Below, one piece after another: positions 12,990 to 32,908 of a stretch of DNA of 64,000 nucleotides; within the stretch, counting starts at the first letter, position 1, and each line of letters begins with the position of its first letter. The notes beneath the pieces are model-generated. The model made no database searches. It saw nothing but the letters and a program-made list of their open reading frames with translations, and was not told the origin of the DNA. Source of the DNA: Salpingoeca rosetta (lineage: Eukaryota > Protista > Choanoflagellata); NCBI GenBank assembly GCA_033442325.1, contig JAWQFM010000035.1, positions 529,096 through 593,095 of the forward strand, in the 5' to 3' direction. The translations under genes were made by a program, and so were the position numbers.

Positions 12990-14627
12990 TCAGGCAAGAC
13001 TCCTCAGCAAGCTGGTTGTCCATTCATACACTTGACTGTTACCCGGGTAGCTCTTCTTGGCCTGCCTGGCGAGAAGAGAAACGTTTTCGGAACGAAGATA
13101 TCCCCGCAAGTCAGGGTGAAGGGCGAGATGTGCGAGCACACCACACCCATTCTTTTGCACACCGCCGTCGTTGGTGTGCGTCTTCATCGCCGCGACCACA
13201 GCATCAATCCCACCCTTTGACGCAATCGCCACCTTGTTGTCATCATTGTTGCATGCTATGTTGCACAACGCAGCAAACCCATTCTGTTGCACACCGGCGT
13301 TGTTGGTATGACTCTTCATCGCCGCGATCACAGCATCAATCCCGCCCTTCGACGCTGTCGCCACCTTGTTGTCGTCATCGTTCACTGCCAGGTTGTGCAG
13401 CGCACCACACCCCTGGTGTTGTACCTTGCTGTTGTCGATGTGGTTCTTCATGGCTGCAATCACAGCATCAATCCCGCCCTTCAACGCAATCGCACGTTTG
13501 TTGTCACGCCTATAGCATGCCAGGTTTTGCAGCGCACCACACCCCTTGTGTTGTACCCCCTCGTTGTTGGTGTGTATCTTCATGGCTGAAACCACAGCAT
13601 CAATCCCGCCCTTCAATGCAATCGCCACTCTGTAGTTGTTGTATGCCAGTTTCCACAGCGCACCACACCCTTGCACTTGCACACCACTGTTGCTGCTGTG
13701 CATCTTCATCGCCGCAATCACAACATCAATCCCGCCCTTTGACGCAATCGATACCACGTTGTCGTCGTTCTCTGCCAGGTTCCATAACGCAGCACACCCT
13801 TTCTCTTGCACATCGCCGTTGCTGCTATGCATCTTCATCGCCTTGATGATTGCGTCGATGGCGCCGGATGCAGCCGCCTCCACACGCTTTGAGCCATTGT
13901 CCCTTGCTTGGTCTTCCAGTGCCTTGCAGGCAAAACGTTGCACGTCAGCAGAGGCGGGAAACGCCTGCATCAACTGCACAATCTCAGCTGCGTGCATGCT
14001 GATGCCGTTATTCTGCAGCTTCCGCACGGCGTCCTCAGCACCACCGCCACTGACTGCCCGCACGCCATGCACTTGCGAGGAGGAAGAGGAAGAAGGGGAA
14101 GAAATGTCAAGCGAAGTTGAAGAAGCTGGGCCACCTGCTTCTTGCTGCTGTGGTTGCTGTGGTTGCTGTGGTTGCTGCTTCACCGATGCACCGACGCCGG
14201 TCACGTCCTTGAGCTTGGCGATGATGGCGTCCACGAGCTCGTCTGGTGGCTGAGAACGCTCGGCGCCCTGTGGCCGCCATGGGTGGTCGGCGATGGTGGA
14301 TGGGAACCAGAAGCGCGTCTTGGCGTGCTTGAAGCGGTCACACATCTTCACCAGGAAGAACGGCTTCTCCTCATCCATGATGAACTCGAGCTCCTTGCAC
14401 GAGCTGAACTTGCTGCCCAACTTCTCGCCGTACGTGTGCGTGCCCATGATCACCACCAGCTCGCACTCGTCGATGGCCTCGATCACGGCGTCGGCGATGC
14501 TGTCGCCAGCAGCAACGGAGCACAGGAACGTGGGCACGCCCCGCTCGTCCAACGCCTTCTTCAGGGCTTCGCTCTCCTCCATGGCCTCGCTGAAGCGCAG
14601 CGAGATGAACACCCGGTGTGGTGGCAT
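12990..14627 (-). CDS. Intronless TIR domain plus armadillo-repeat protein (545 aa)
   Basis: N-terminus HRVFISLRF..ALKKALDERGVPTFL..GDSIADAVIEAIDECELVVIMGTHTY..SCKELEF is a TIR_2-type domain with the alphaC Glu. After a Q/S linker come ~7 ARM repeats of ~42-44 aa (GGIDAVIAAMKxHxxNxxVQxxGCGALxNLA). Confidence 0.9.
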   Translation of the reverse strand: MPPHRVFISLRFSEAMEESEALKKALDERGVPTFLCSVAAGDSIADAVIEAIDECELVVIMGTHTYGEKLGSKFSSCKELEFIMDEEKPFFLVKMCDRFKHAKTRFWFPSTIADHPWRPQGAERSQPPDELVDAIIAKLKDVTGVGASVKQQPQQPQQPQQQEAGGPASSTSLDISSPSSSSSSQVHGVRAVSGGGAEDAVRKLQNNGISMHAAEIVQLMQAFPASADVQRFACKALEDQARDNGSKRVEAAASGAIDAIIKAMKMHSSNGDVQEKGCAALWNLAENDDNVVSIASKGGIDVVIAAMKMHSSNSGVQVQGCGALWKLAYNNYRVAIALKGGIDAVVSAMKIHTNNEGVQHKGCGALQNLACYRRDNKRAIALKGGIDAVIAAMKNHIDNSKVQHQGCGALHNLAVNDDDNKVATASKGGIDAVIAAMKSHTNNAGVQQNGFAALCNIACNNDDNKVAIASKGGIDAVVAAMKTHTNDGGVQKNGCGVLAHLALHPDLRGYLRSENVSLLARQAKKSYPGNSQVYEWTTSLLRSLA

Positions 14628-14932
14628 GGTTTGCTTCTTGGTGCTCGTTCGTTTGGTGGTTGTGGGTCGCTGCTGGGCTTGTCTCGCTGTCTCGCTGTCT
14701 CGCTGTCTCGCTGATACAAGCTTGTCTGCTTGTTGATCCAGAACAAAAAATAATGGCCCTACAAAAGGGTCTGTAACAAGGGGCGCGTGTGATGGCTGTG
14801 TAAATGCACGGAATGACGCATTTCCATGTCGACTGAAGTCAGTTGTTTGCGTGCGTGTGTTTTGGACCTGTTTATGGGTCGTAGTCGCGAAGCACTGAAA
14901 TGAAGCAAATCAACGATCGACTGATCAATACG

Positions 14933-15631
14933 ATGAGGCTGAGGTTGAGGGCGCCACTGTTGTTGCTGGCACCGCTTTGCCTCTTGCTTGGCGTCCACAT
15001 CTTCCTCGTCTTCTTTGTCGGTGCGGAGGTGGTGCTGGAAGAAGATGAGCACGGTGCGTTCCACATCAACACCACCCATCCACAGGAGCAGCACAAGCAG
15101 CAGCAGCCGGCGGCTGTGTTTGTGAATGGGGTGAACGTGGCGGAGATGTTTGAGCTGATACAAGAACAGCAGAGCATGTTGCGAGACCTGGATCGCGTGA
15201 ACACGAACCAAGCACGGCAGCTGAGCTCCTTGGACCGCCAGCTGTGCGACATCACACCACCGACCGTGGACACCACAACCATCACGGGGCTCGGCACCAC
15301 GTCAACATTCAAGTGGTCGGATGGCGTCTTGGCCACAAACGGCCTCATCTATTTCATTCCGTTCAGTGCTTCCTCCATCGTCATCCTTGACCCAAGCACC
15401 AACGGAGTGGATGACACGACAATGGGCGGCTTTCCAACTGACCACTGTGATGTTAAGTTGTGGTTTCATTCAAGTGCAATCCACACACCTCAAACCAATA
15501 CAAAAGCGAAAAACAACAGTGGTACAAACAATCAAGAGGAGCAAGCAAGGCGAGTGATATTCAAGTTAAGGGACGAGGGGGCAACAGAACAAGCACTTGT
15601 TTGCTCGCTTGATCCGGAAGGAAGAACGTAG
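14933..15631 (+). pseudogene. Truncated paralog of the secreted beta-propeller family
   Basis: Signal peptide, EVVLEEDEHGAFHINT..VFVNGVNV, coiled coil and LC, then only one blade (KWSDGVLATNGLIYFIPFSASSIVILDPSTN). Homology stops at ~15440 and the frame runs into unrelated sequence. Confidence 0.75.
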
Positions 15632-15721
15632 TGCAACATAGCACAAATGCGTGCTGCGGAATAAGAAGCATTGGTAACGGAGCAATATTGCGCTGGTGAC
15701 ACCAGAAGTGGGCTTCCTTGG

Positions 15722-15966
15722 TTACGAGTCCAGGGGCTGTGCATGTGCATGTGTGTTTGTCAGAGTGTGAAGAAAGGTGTCGCTGATACTGAAGAACCGC
15801 AAGGGAGCGCAAGTGTGGTATCAAAGCGAAACCCAGCTATCACACACGCACACACACAAACAAATGCTTACCTGTATCTTGACTTTGACACCGTTTGCGC
15901 TGCGGAGAACGATGGCGCTCTGGAGTACAGGCTCATGCTGGCGTGCGAATGAATCGGTGAATGTGC

Positions 15967-16032
<66 letters not shown>

Positions 16033-16357
16033 GTGCGTGTGTGTGTATGTGCGTGCGTGCGTGCGTGTGTGTGTGTGTGTGTGTGTGTGCGTGTGTGTGT
16101 ATGTGTGTGTGCGACAGCAAGTGAGAATGGTGGAAAAGCCTAAACAGCTGCAAACAAGCACGCAAGCACGCCGTTAACACTTAGCCTCTTTCATATGCAC
16201 ACGTGTACTCACCCCTGCATCGACAAACTTGAACCTGCGAAGGAGCTGGCACATGGCGACGCGGATCTCGTGCGTGGCAAAGTTGTTGCCAATGCAGTTG
16301 CGGCGGCCGGTCGAAAACGGCATAAACGCAAACGCATCCACAGTCGTGTCCAGGAAC
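15722..16357 (-). pseudogene. Cytochrome P450 3' fragment (last three exons only)
   Basis: Exons 16357-16213, 15937-15872 and 15736-15722 splice in frame: RFLDTTVDAFAFMPFSTGRRNCIGNNFATHEI..HEPVLQSAIVLRSANGVKVKIQ PLDS*. This contains the heme motif FxxGxRxCxG. No upstream P450 exons were found before the next gene's stop at 17057. Confidence 0.8.
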
Positions 16358-16983
16358 CTTGACAAACGATCACACACGTGTGCGTGGGATATGCGCACGT
16401 GTTGAATGCACGGTGAGGGCGGTGCGAGGGTTGCGTGCGATGTCGAGCTGTCATGTCGCAAACGCGAAAGAACCAGGTATACCAGGGTTGGAAACATGTC
16501 TACATGTCATACACATACCAACAAACACACACACACATGCAAACACACAGACACACAGACACACACAAACAAACGAAGCGACAGTCGCAGCACTACAAAT
16601 GAGTCTCGCACCGAGACACTTGGTTTCTATCTCTTGATTTATCTACCTATCGGTGCTCTCCGACCGCTTACACTCACCCACACGCCCACTCGCACACGCA
16701 TTCGTCCGTACACACCGTTGCCCTTTTTGCCCCCCCCCCCCCAATTGCTCCCCCCTCCCCTAATCTCTGAGCGCTGGGAATGGTGGAAGATTTCAACGAG
16801 TGACCCCAATAAAGAGTACCACAACAAACACACACATGCATGTACACACATGCATGTACACACACACGCACACGCATGTACACACACACGCACACACACA
16901 CACACACACGCATGTACACACACACATACACACACACGCACACACACACACACACACGCATGTACACACACACGCACATGCAT

Positions 16984-17050
<67 letters not shown>

Positions 17051-17056
17051 AATGTG

Positions 17057-18331
17057 TCAGCATCCCGGGTCGATGATGAGGATGTGGTCTGCGTCATGGG
17101 GAATACCATAAATAAGACCGTTGTCCGCGAGAACACCACCAAGCCACAGCGTGGGTTCGCTCTTTTCAGGCAAGGTGAGCTGCACCGTGGTGTTTGTGGC
17201 CGGGTCAATGATGAGCGCTGCCGATGAGTAACTCGGCACGCCAACGATACGGCCGTTGGGTGCAAGCACGGCGGTCACCAGCCCCGGTGTCGTGAGGCCG
17301 GTGATGGTGGTGGTGTCGGTTGCGTTTGTCTGCGGGTTGATGATGAGTACAGACGATGACGAGTAGTCCGGGATGGCGTAGACGAGGCCGCTGTCCACAA
17401 GCACCGTGCCATACCACTTGAACAGGCCCGTGCCAAACCCCGAGATGGTGGTGGTGTCTGTTGCATTGGTTGCCGGGTCGATGATGAGCACGCCATCTGC
17501 ATGCCCTGGCGGACAGTAGATGAGGCCGTTTGCTGCCTGCACGCCGTCGAACCACTTGTTGTCCCCGCTGTCCAGTCCCGTGATCGTTGTAGCGTCAGCG
17601 ACCATGGCAACGGGATCGATGACTAGCACGGAGGTTGCGGCACTGGGGACGCCGTAGATGAGCCCGTTATCTGCAAGCACACCGGATCGCCATTTGCCCT
17701 CGGTGCTGGGCAGGCCGGCCATGGTTGTGGTGTCCGTGGTGTTGGTGGCGGGATCGATGATCAGCACCGCGGTGGTGCTGTACGGGAGCCCGAATATAAG
17801 GCCACTGGGTGCCAAAACACCGCCGCTCCACGCAGCATCGCCGCCGCCGCCGCCGCCGCCGTCGTCAGACAGCCCGGAGATGGTTGTGGTGTCTGCGGTG
17901 TTCGTCCACGGATCGATGATCAGCACCGATCCCAAGCTGTAAGGGATGCCGTAGAGGAGCCCAGTCTGCGCACGCACGCCACCGGACCACTTGTTGTCCT
18001 TGCCCAAGTTGAGGCCCGTGATGGTGGTGGTATCAGCGGATGGCTCCCTGGGATCAAGCCGACACAATGTGCTGGACATGGCGTCGAGTTGCTGCGCTTG
18101 CTCTGCATTGATGCGCTGTTGCCGTTGGAGCGTGCGCTGCTGTTCCTGTGCAAGCAGGAGCATCTGCCCAAGATCAACCCCGTTCAAAAGCACGGGCTGC
18201 TCAAGCGAGCTTGTGTTGATGTGCAGCGCGCCGCCATCATCCTCTTCCATCACTACCTCTGCACGGACAACATCACAACGTTGTGCAACAAGCCCAAGCA
18301 CCAGCACAAGCACACACCCACCAAGCCACAT
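17057..18331 (-). CDS. Intronless secreted protein: signal peptide, conserved N-terminal motif, coiled coil, 7-bladed beta-propeller
   Basis: [24 protein letters not shown]|[16 protein letters not shown], a Gln-rich coiled coil, then seven ~46 aa repeats WxGGVLAxNGLIYGxPxxxxSVLIIDPxTNTxDTTTI, ending DPGC. Confidence 0.85.
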   Translation of the reverse strand: MWLGGCVLVLVLGLVAQRCDVVRAEVVMEEDDGGALHINTSSLEQPVLLNGVDLGQMLLLAQEQQRTLQRQQRINAEQAQQLDAMSSTLCRLDPREPSADTTTITGLNLGKDNKWSGGVRAQTGLLYGIPYSLGSVLIIDPWTNTADTTTISGLSDDGGGGGGGDAAWSGGVLAPSGLIFGLPYSTTAVLIIDPATNTTDTTTMAGLPSTEGKWRSGVLADNGLIYGVPSAATSVLVIDPVAMVADATTITGLDSGDNKWFDGVQAANGLIYCPPGHADGVLIIDPATNATDTTTISGFGTGLFKWYGTVLVDSGLVYAIPDYSSSSVLIINPQTNATDTTTITGLTTPGLVTAVLAPNGRIVGVPSYSSAALIIDPATNTTVQLTLPEKSEPTLWLGGVLADNGLIYGIPHDADHILIIDPGC

Positions 18332-18545
18332 CTTGCTGCGATTGTGGAAGAGTGTTGGAAAATGTACATGATTTTCAGCACCACGATGGAGGCTGCTCAC
18401 TCATGGTCGTAACTCCACCACCACCAACGCAGCGAAGGAGCAAACATAACGTTAACACCATACAACACCGACACCGCTGCCAGCCTTCCTCCCAAGCCAA
18501 TCCCTATCTTGCTGTCCTATCGCAGTTTGCACGTGTGCAGGCACA

Positions 18546-19177
18546 ATGTCTGCGGAGGGTGCCCAGCTTGGCCTGCACGAGTGGGTGTGCGTGGTGCAGC
18601 ACCTAGTGTCGTCATCAACGTCGCCATCACCGGCAGCAGCAGCAGCAGCAGCAGCATCGTCATCGTCACTGCCGTCGGCAGCCCGCCCGCCTCGGGGACG
18701 GCGCGATCACCGCGACCAGAGCATCCCTTTTTCCCATGCGCTCCACGCCGATGAGCACAAGAAGGACGAGGCTGCGGTGGACGCCGCCGTGGGCGCCAGG
18801 GCCGTGTTCAACCTCATGCTCACGTGCCGCTCCCTGTACACAGACCTGCCGTGGCTCATGCCAAAGTGGTGCCTGGCCTCTGTCATGAGCCGCACCCACC
18901 TCTCCAACGAGTGGCTGGACACCTTTCAACTGAGTGAAGACGAAGGGGAGGATGACAGTGACGTGGATGAGGCAGGGAAGGATGAAAGCGAAGAAGACGG
19001 GGTGGCGATCGACGGCCAAGGCGTGAAGAAGGAGCCAAATCAGCACGAGCACGAAGAAGAACAGCAACAAGTTGAGAGTGACGAAGAAGCGCACCAAGAT
19101 GGCGCAAAAGAAGAAGAAGAAGAAGAAGAAGAAAAGAAGAAGCTGCAGCAACAGCAAGGAAAGCGGCGTGCACGATC

Positions 19178-19210
<33 letters not shown>

Positions 19211-21524
19211 CAAGACAGCCCGCCCACAAGCACGGCAACACAGCAACCGTACGCGCATGCTAGGCAGCACACGCAAGACCAAGGGTAGGAAGAGCAAGGC
19301 GTGTGTGCAACACGACCAGGCTTTCAACATGGAAGCGTGGCTGGACGACAGGTTCCTGGTGTATTCGTGGCTGGGCATGACATGGAGCAGCAACTGCGAG
19401 TTTGCGAGGTCGCGCGCCCTTCATCCACCATCGCCAGCCTTTCGCAGGCGCTTTGCCAGTTGTGTGCGCATCAACTTCTGCAACTTCCGTGCCCTCAACA
19501 ACTGGCAGCTTGCCCCCAAGCGTGCACATGAGTCAGCAGCAACAACAACAGCAACGGCAGCAGTGGAGAGGATGGTAACAAGGTGGACCCAGGGGTCAGA
19601 AGCAGAGACGCCGCAAGCAATCTTGAACCATGGCATTGTTGACGACAGTGGTGGTGATGATGGCGATGATGGTGATGATGATGATGACGGTGGTGGTGAT
19701 GCCAACTCAACCACACCTCATTCATCATCGACATCGACAGCAGCAACGACAGCAACAGCAGCAACGACAGCGACAGTAACAGCAACAATAGCAGAAACAG
19801 CAGAAACAACAGCAGCAACAACAGCAACAACAACAGCAGCAGCACCAACAGCAGCACCAATGGCGACGGCACGAGACGAGCAGCCACTGCTTGCTCCGGC
19901 ACTGATTTGCGTCTCAGCGAGTGTCAGAAGCCAAGACGAGGCTGCCAGGCTCATGGCTTTGGTGGAGGCGTTCCAATGCCACGGCACCATCCTCGCCTCC
20001 CTGTATGTGCACGTGGACGAGCGATTGGCAGAGTTCCACGTTCGCAACGCCCACCTCGTGCACATCTTGGGCATGGACGCGATCGCCACCATTGAGCTGA
20101 GCAACGTCGACACGGTTGTCTGGCAGCTGGCACGGGACCAGGAAAGCATTGAGGGCGCATTTAGCAACGTGCGCTGTGTCACGCTTCATGGGGGCTGGTC
20201 CAATTTGCGGGATGTTAGCGTGCTTGCTGATGTGCCCATTGTGAATCTGCGGTGGCTGCGGCACCTGCGCAGTCTCTCTGCGCTCCAGAACGCACAGAGT
20301 GTCACGCTGTGTCGTGTTGTCTTCACGGACATCGCGCCCTTACGCAACGTGCAGCAGCTCGACCTCTCGCGCTGCTTTGCATTCACTGCGGAGGACCTCA
20401 CCCTCAACTGCGCGCACGTGTCGTTCTCGGAGATGCCCAACATCAGCGGCACGCTCCACCTCCCGCGCGCCACGCATGTTCACATTGCCAATTGTCGACG
20501 CATCACGCACGTGGCGTGTGCACGCGGGGACTTGGCGTTCTTCTCCATCGAAAACTGTCGACAGCTGGCACATCTGCCGCCCTTCAACCACGCCCACGTG
20601 CTCAGTGTGGACGTGCTACCAGACATTGACCAGGACTTGCCGCGGCTCGCCCAGCGCGTGGATGCGTTTGAGCTGTGCGGGCCCGTTGGCGGCGCGTTTT
20701 TGCCTGCAGGCACGATCGTCGCCGATTCACCCATCGCACAGCAAGGTCAAGAAGAGCATGAGCAAGGGGCAGGAGGCGAAGGCAGCGGTGCGGACGTGCT
20801 GGAACAAGGTGGTGGAGGTGATGATGATGATGGTGATGATGCTGCTGGTGAAGACGCTGCTGTTGCTCACAACACCGACCACAACAACAACGATGATGTG
20901 GGCGCGCGAATCCTTGCATGCACAATCGCCCTGCACGTGCATCCACGAAGCCGGTTCAACGCGCAGTTCCTCACGCGGAACACAACACCGCGCCTCCGCT
21001 CGCTGTCCTTGACAAGCTGCTTCAGCCTGACGGGCCTTGCCAGCGTGAGTCACGTGCACAGCCTGTTCCTGTTGTTCTGTACGCTCGGCGACGACATTGC
21101 GTCATGCCCGTTTGTGGACCTGTACGGGTGCGACGGTGAGCTGACGGTGGATGGATCATCCCTCCTGCAACTCAACGGCGCCACCATGCCACGCCTCCAC
21201 GCACGCAACGTGGCCTGCATGAAGCTGTCACGGCTGCAAGGGACGGAGAGCATGCAGCTGCAGAGCACATGCAACGTGCGCACGTGCGTGGTGAAAGACT
21301 GTCTCATTCGCGACTTTGCTCCCTTCTCCGGCGTGGACCGCCTGTTTCTGCACCAGTGCGTGTTTGACGCGAGTGCAGTGTCAACGTTACCACGCGTGTC
21401 CACGCTCCATGTGAGCGCGTGCATGCGCAGTTTTGTGTCACGGGAGCCCTGGCCCAACACCACCCTGATTGGACGCACGCAAGAACACCTGCTACGCACA
21501 TTGCTCACGTCTACAGACACATAG
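18546..21524 (+). CDS. Intronless F-box-like/leucine-rich-repeat protein (992 aa)
   Basis: Long uninterrupted ORF. N-terminal LHEWVCVVQHL...VFNLMLTCRSLY looks like a split F-box. LRRs include LRDVSVLADVPIVNL, LRSLSALQNAQSVTL, FTDIAPLRNVQQLDLSRC and LRSLSLTSCFSLTGL, with acidic, polyQ and Thr-Ala insertions. Confidence 0.75.
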
Positions 21525-21777
21525 CCGGCATGTGGGGGTGGTGGTGTGTGTGTGTGTATGGGTGTGTGTGTTATGTTGTGTGTGCGTGTGCGTGTGTGTG
21601 CGTGCGTGTGTGTGTCTGTGTGTGTGTCTGTGTTTGTGTTAGCCGCACCCCAAGCAATTTCAGAGATGAGCCTTACTGTTGACGTTGATCGGAAATGTTT
21701 TTGATGTTGCTGTTGCCAAGAACAGGTCAAACTCTCGTGTACAAGACTGAGAACAGCGCAAAATGCACAAGGTATCA

Positions 21778-21840
<63 letters not shown>

Positions 21841-22113
21841 GCGACAGGTCAAGCCCGTACACGACAACAAAAGGCGGAAGAGGAGTAATGTAACAACGTT
21901 GCAGCATGGGCTGCACAACGACAGGGAGCCACAGCGCTCGAGCGAGAAAACAGTCAACCATGATGAGAGGAGAGAAGATGCAACAGCCGTTGGAGCCAGC
22001 AAATGGAACATGGAGAAGGGCGAGGGGCACACGCAACGATTGACTCGGATCGCAATGACGTCAACAAGGGAGAGAGGGAGATGGTGGCGGTGGTGGCGGC
22101 GGTGGTGGTGTGG

Positions 22114-27077
<4,964 letters not shown>

Positions 27078-28205
27078 ATTGTGCTGGAGGAGGAACAGAG
27101 GAAGAGGTGGGAGAGGGGAGCGAGAGCAGGAAAAAGGAGCGGGATGAAGGGGACGTCCGTCGCAATGCGGTGGAGGTTGGCTGTATTAGGGAGAAAATGG
27201 GGGGCTGCGCTTTGAAGTAGGCGGGTGCAGCACGTAAGAGCGTGAGCAGAGGGAAAGCACAGGATGGAGTCGTGTGAGGGTGTGGGGGGGGGGAAGAAGA
27301 AATTGTGTAGTCAATCATCCAGATGACGACGGTCGCACATGTACGTGCACGCGCACACGCACGTGTTCGAGAGGACCAAAACGCGCAGTGAAGCATGGGC
27401 GGGTGAGATGGAGGGAACTGGTTGTGGTGCATCCACTCAAGCACACACACACACACACAAACACAAAACACACACACACAACACACACACACAACACACA
27501 CATGCTCACCGACACTCAATCTCTCGCACATACACTAGCGCTCTCACACGCAACCCACCAGCAAGCAACGCGATGGAGGGGTTGTGTCAGAGCGTGGAAA
27601 TGCTCACTTGCTTGGCAAAACGACTGCAACGCTGGATGGTGGTGGTGGTGGTGGTAGTAGTGGAGGAGGAACAGGGGGGTTTGGAACAAGATGGTGCGAC
27701 ACAGGAAGACAGGGAAAGGGTAAGGTTGAGTTGGATTTGGGGGAGCAATGGCGATTCCCCTCCAACAACAACGCACGCACAAGCAGGTGGAGGAGCTCTG
27801 AGATGATGGTGTGCAGTTGTGGTGCACATGCAAGGCATGCAAAACGGCACAGCAAAATCAAACAAAAAGTAAAAGCAAGGACAGCACTGCGCTTTGCTTT
27901 TGCTTGCTTGCCGGCGTCTGTGCCTTGGTCGTGTGACCCACAGCAACCCCAAGTGACGACGCACACACATGCACAGGCAGTGGTGATGGCGCGTGTGCAA
28001 GCGCACCTCCCAGAAGCGCCACGAGACGAGGAGGGGGCCGATGTGGAGGAGGAGGACAGAAGGGGGAGGGGGAGCGGGTGATGTGCTGTGGGTTGCTCTC
28101 GTCCGTCCTTTGCTGATGGCGTGATGATTTGTGTGCGCTGTTGTCGTTGGTCGTGGTTGCTTGCTTCACTTGCTGCTGTTCGGAATTGAAGGGGGGGCGG
28201 AGGAA

Positions 28206-28252
28206 TGTAACGACTTAATTCAGTCTATGGTGACGAGACACTGAATTCAGTT
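28206..28252. promoter_or_regulatory. Candidate palindromic promoter element (GACTGAATTCAGTC-like, two copies) upstream of hippo
   Basis: 28206-28230 matches 40809-40833 at 22 of 25 positions. A second core, CACTGAATTCAGTT, lies at 28239-28252. Confidence 0.45.
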
Positions 28253-28316
28253 TGTGTGTGTCTGCGTGTGTCTGTCTGTCTGTGTGTGTGTGTGTGTGTG
28301 TCTGTGTGTGTGTGTC

Positions 28317-28362
<46 letters not shown>

Positions 28363-28505
28363 TGACACACCTTCTCTCACTCAATCACTCACTCAATCAC
28401 ACACATGCGTCCTGTGCTGCCTTGTTGCTTTGTCTAAACACAGACACGAAGGGAAGGAAAGACAAGAAACGAAGAAACACACACACAGACATACACACAC
28501 ACACG

Positions 28506-28536
<31 letters not shown>

Positions 28537-28580
28537 GCACAAAACACATAACACACAGAGGTGAGTGAGGATTGTGTTGC

Positions 28581-32343
<3,763 letters not shown>

Positions 32344-32568
32344 GACGCTGTCTCTGTGGTCTCGTGTCTGTGTCTCGCTCTGTCTCCTTGAAGCAAGCAA
32401 GCAAGGGAGGGAGGGAAGCAACGAGAGAGAGAGCTGCAGTCAGCACAGCACAACACCTGCTGCTTTGCTTTGCTTGTTGTTTTGTGTTTGAGGTGGCAGT
32501 ATTGACGAAAAGTGGCGACAAGGTTCATTAAATTTCTACAAAGGACCCAACGAACAAACCAAGACGAG

Positions 32569-32605
<37 letters not shown>

Positions 32606-32908
32606 ACACAGACACACACACACACACACACACACAGACACACACACACACACACACACACAGACACACACACACACACACACACACAGACATACACACA
32701 ATGAGCAGCATGGTAACAGGCAGGGAGAGTCAAAAGAGCCAGGCAGAGAGGAGAGCAAGCGAGTGACAAAAACTGCATGTCACATCGAGTCAGCGGCAAC
32801 AAAGGTAACAAGCAAGCAAGCAACCAACCAACCAACCACAATGACAGGAACAAGGGGCAGTCGTAGCGGACAACAGCACACCGAGAGCATCACACACCAT
32901 ATCAAAAA

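Noticed and set aside
12920-13846. 308 aa Cys/His-rich repeat ORF on the + strand
   Set aside because: It is the antisense shadow of the ARM repeats.
16600-16830. Possible solo LTR (purine/pyrimidine tract plus AATAAA)
   Set aside because: No second copy, TG..CA ends or target-site duplication is recognisable. It may be the propeller 3' UTR or poor-quality sequence.
27986-28081. Short acidic ORF MARVQAHLPEAPRDEEG between hippo and ERGIC3
   Set aside because: It has no recognisable domain or splice partners and is probably antisense to the hippo 5' region.
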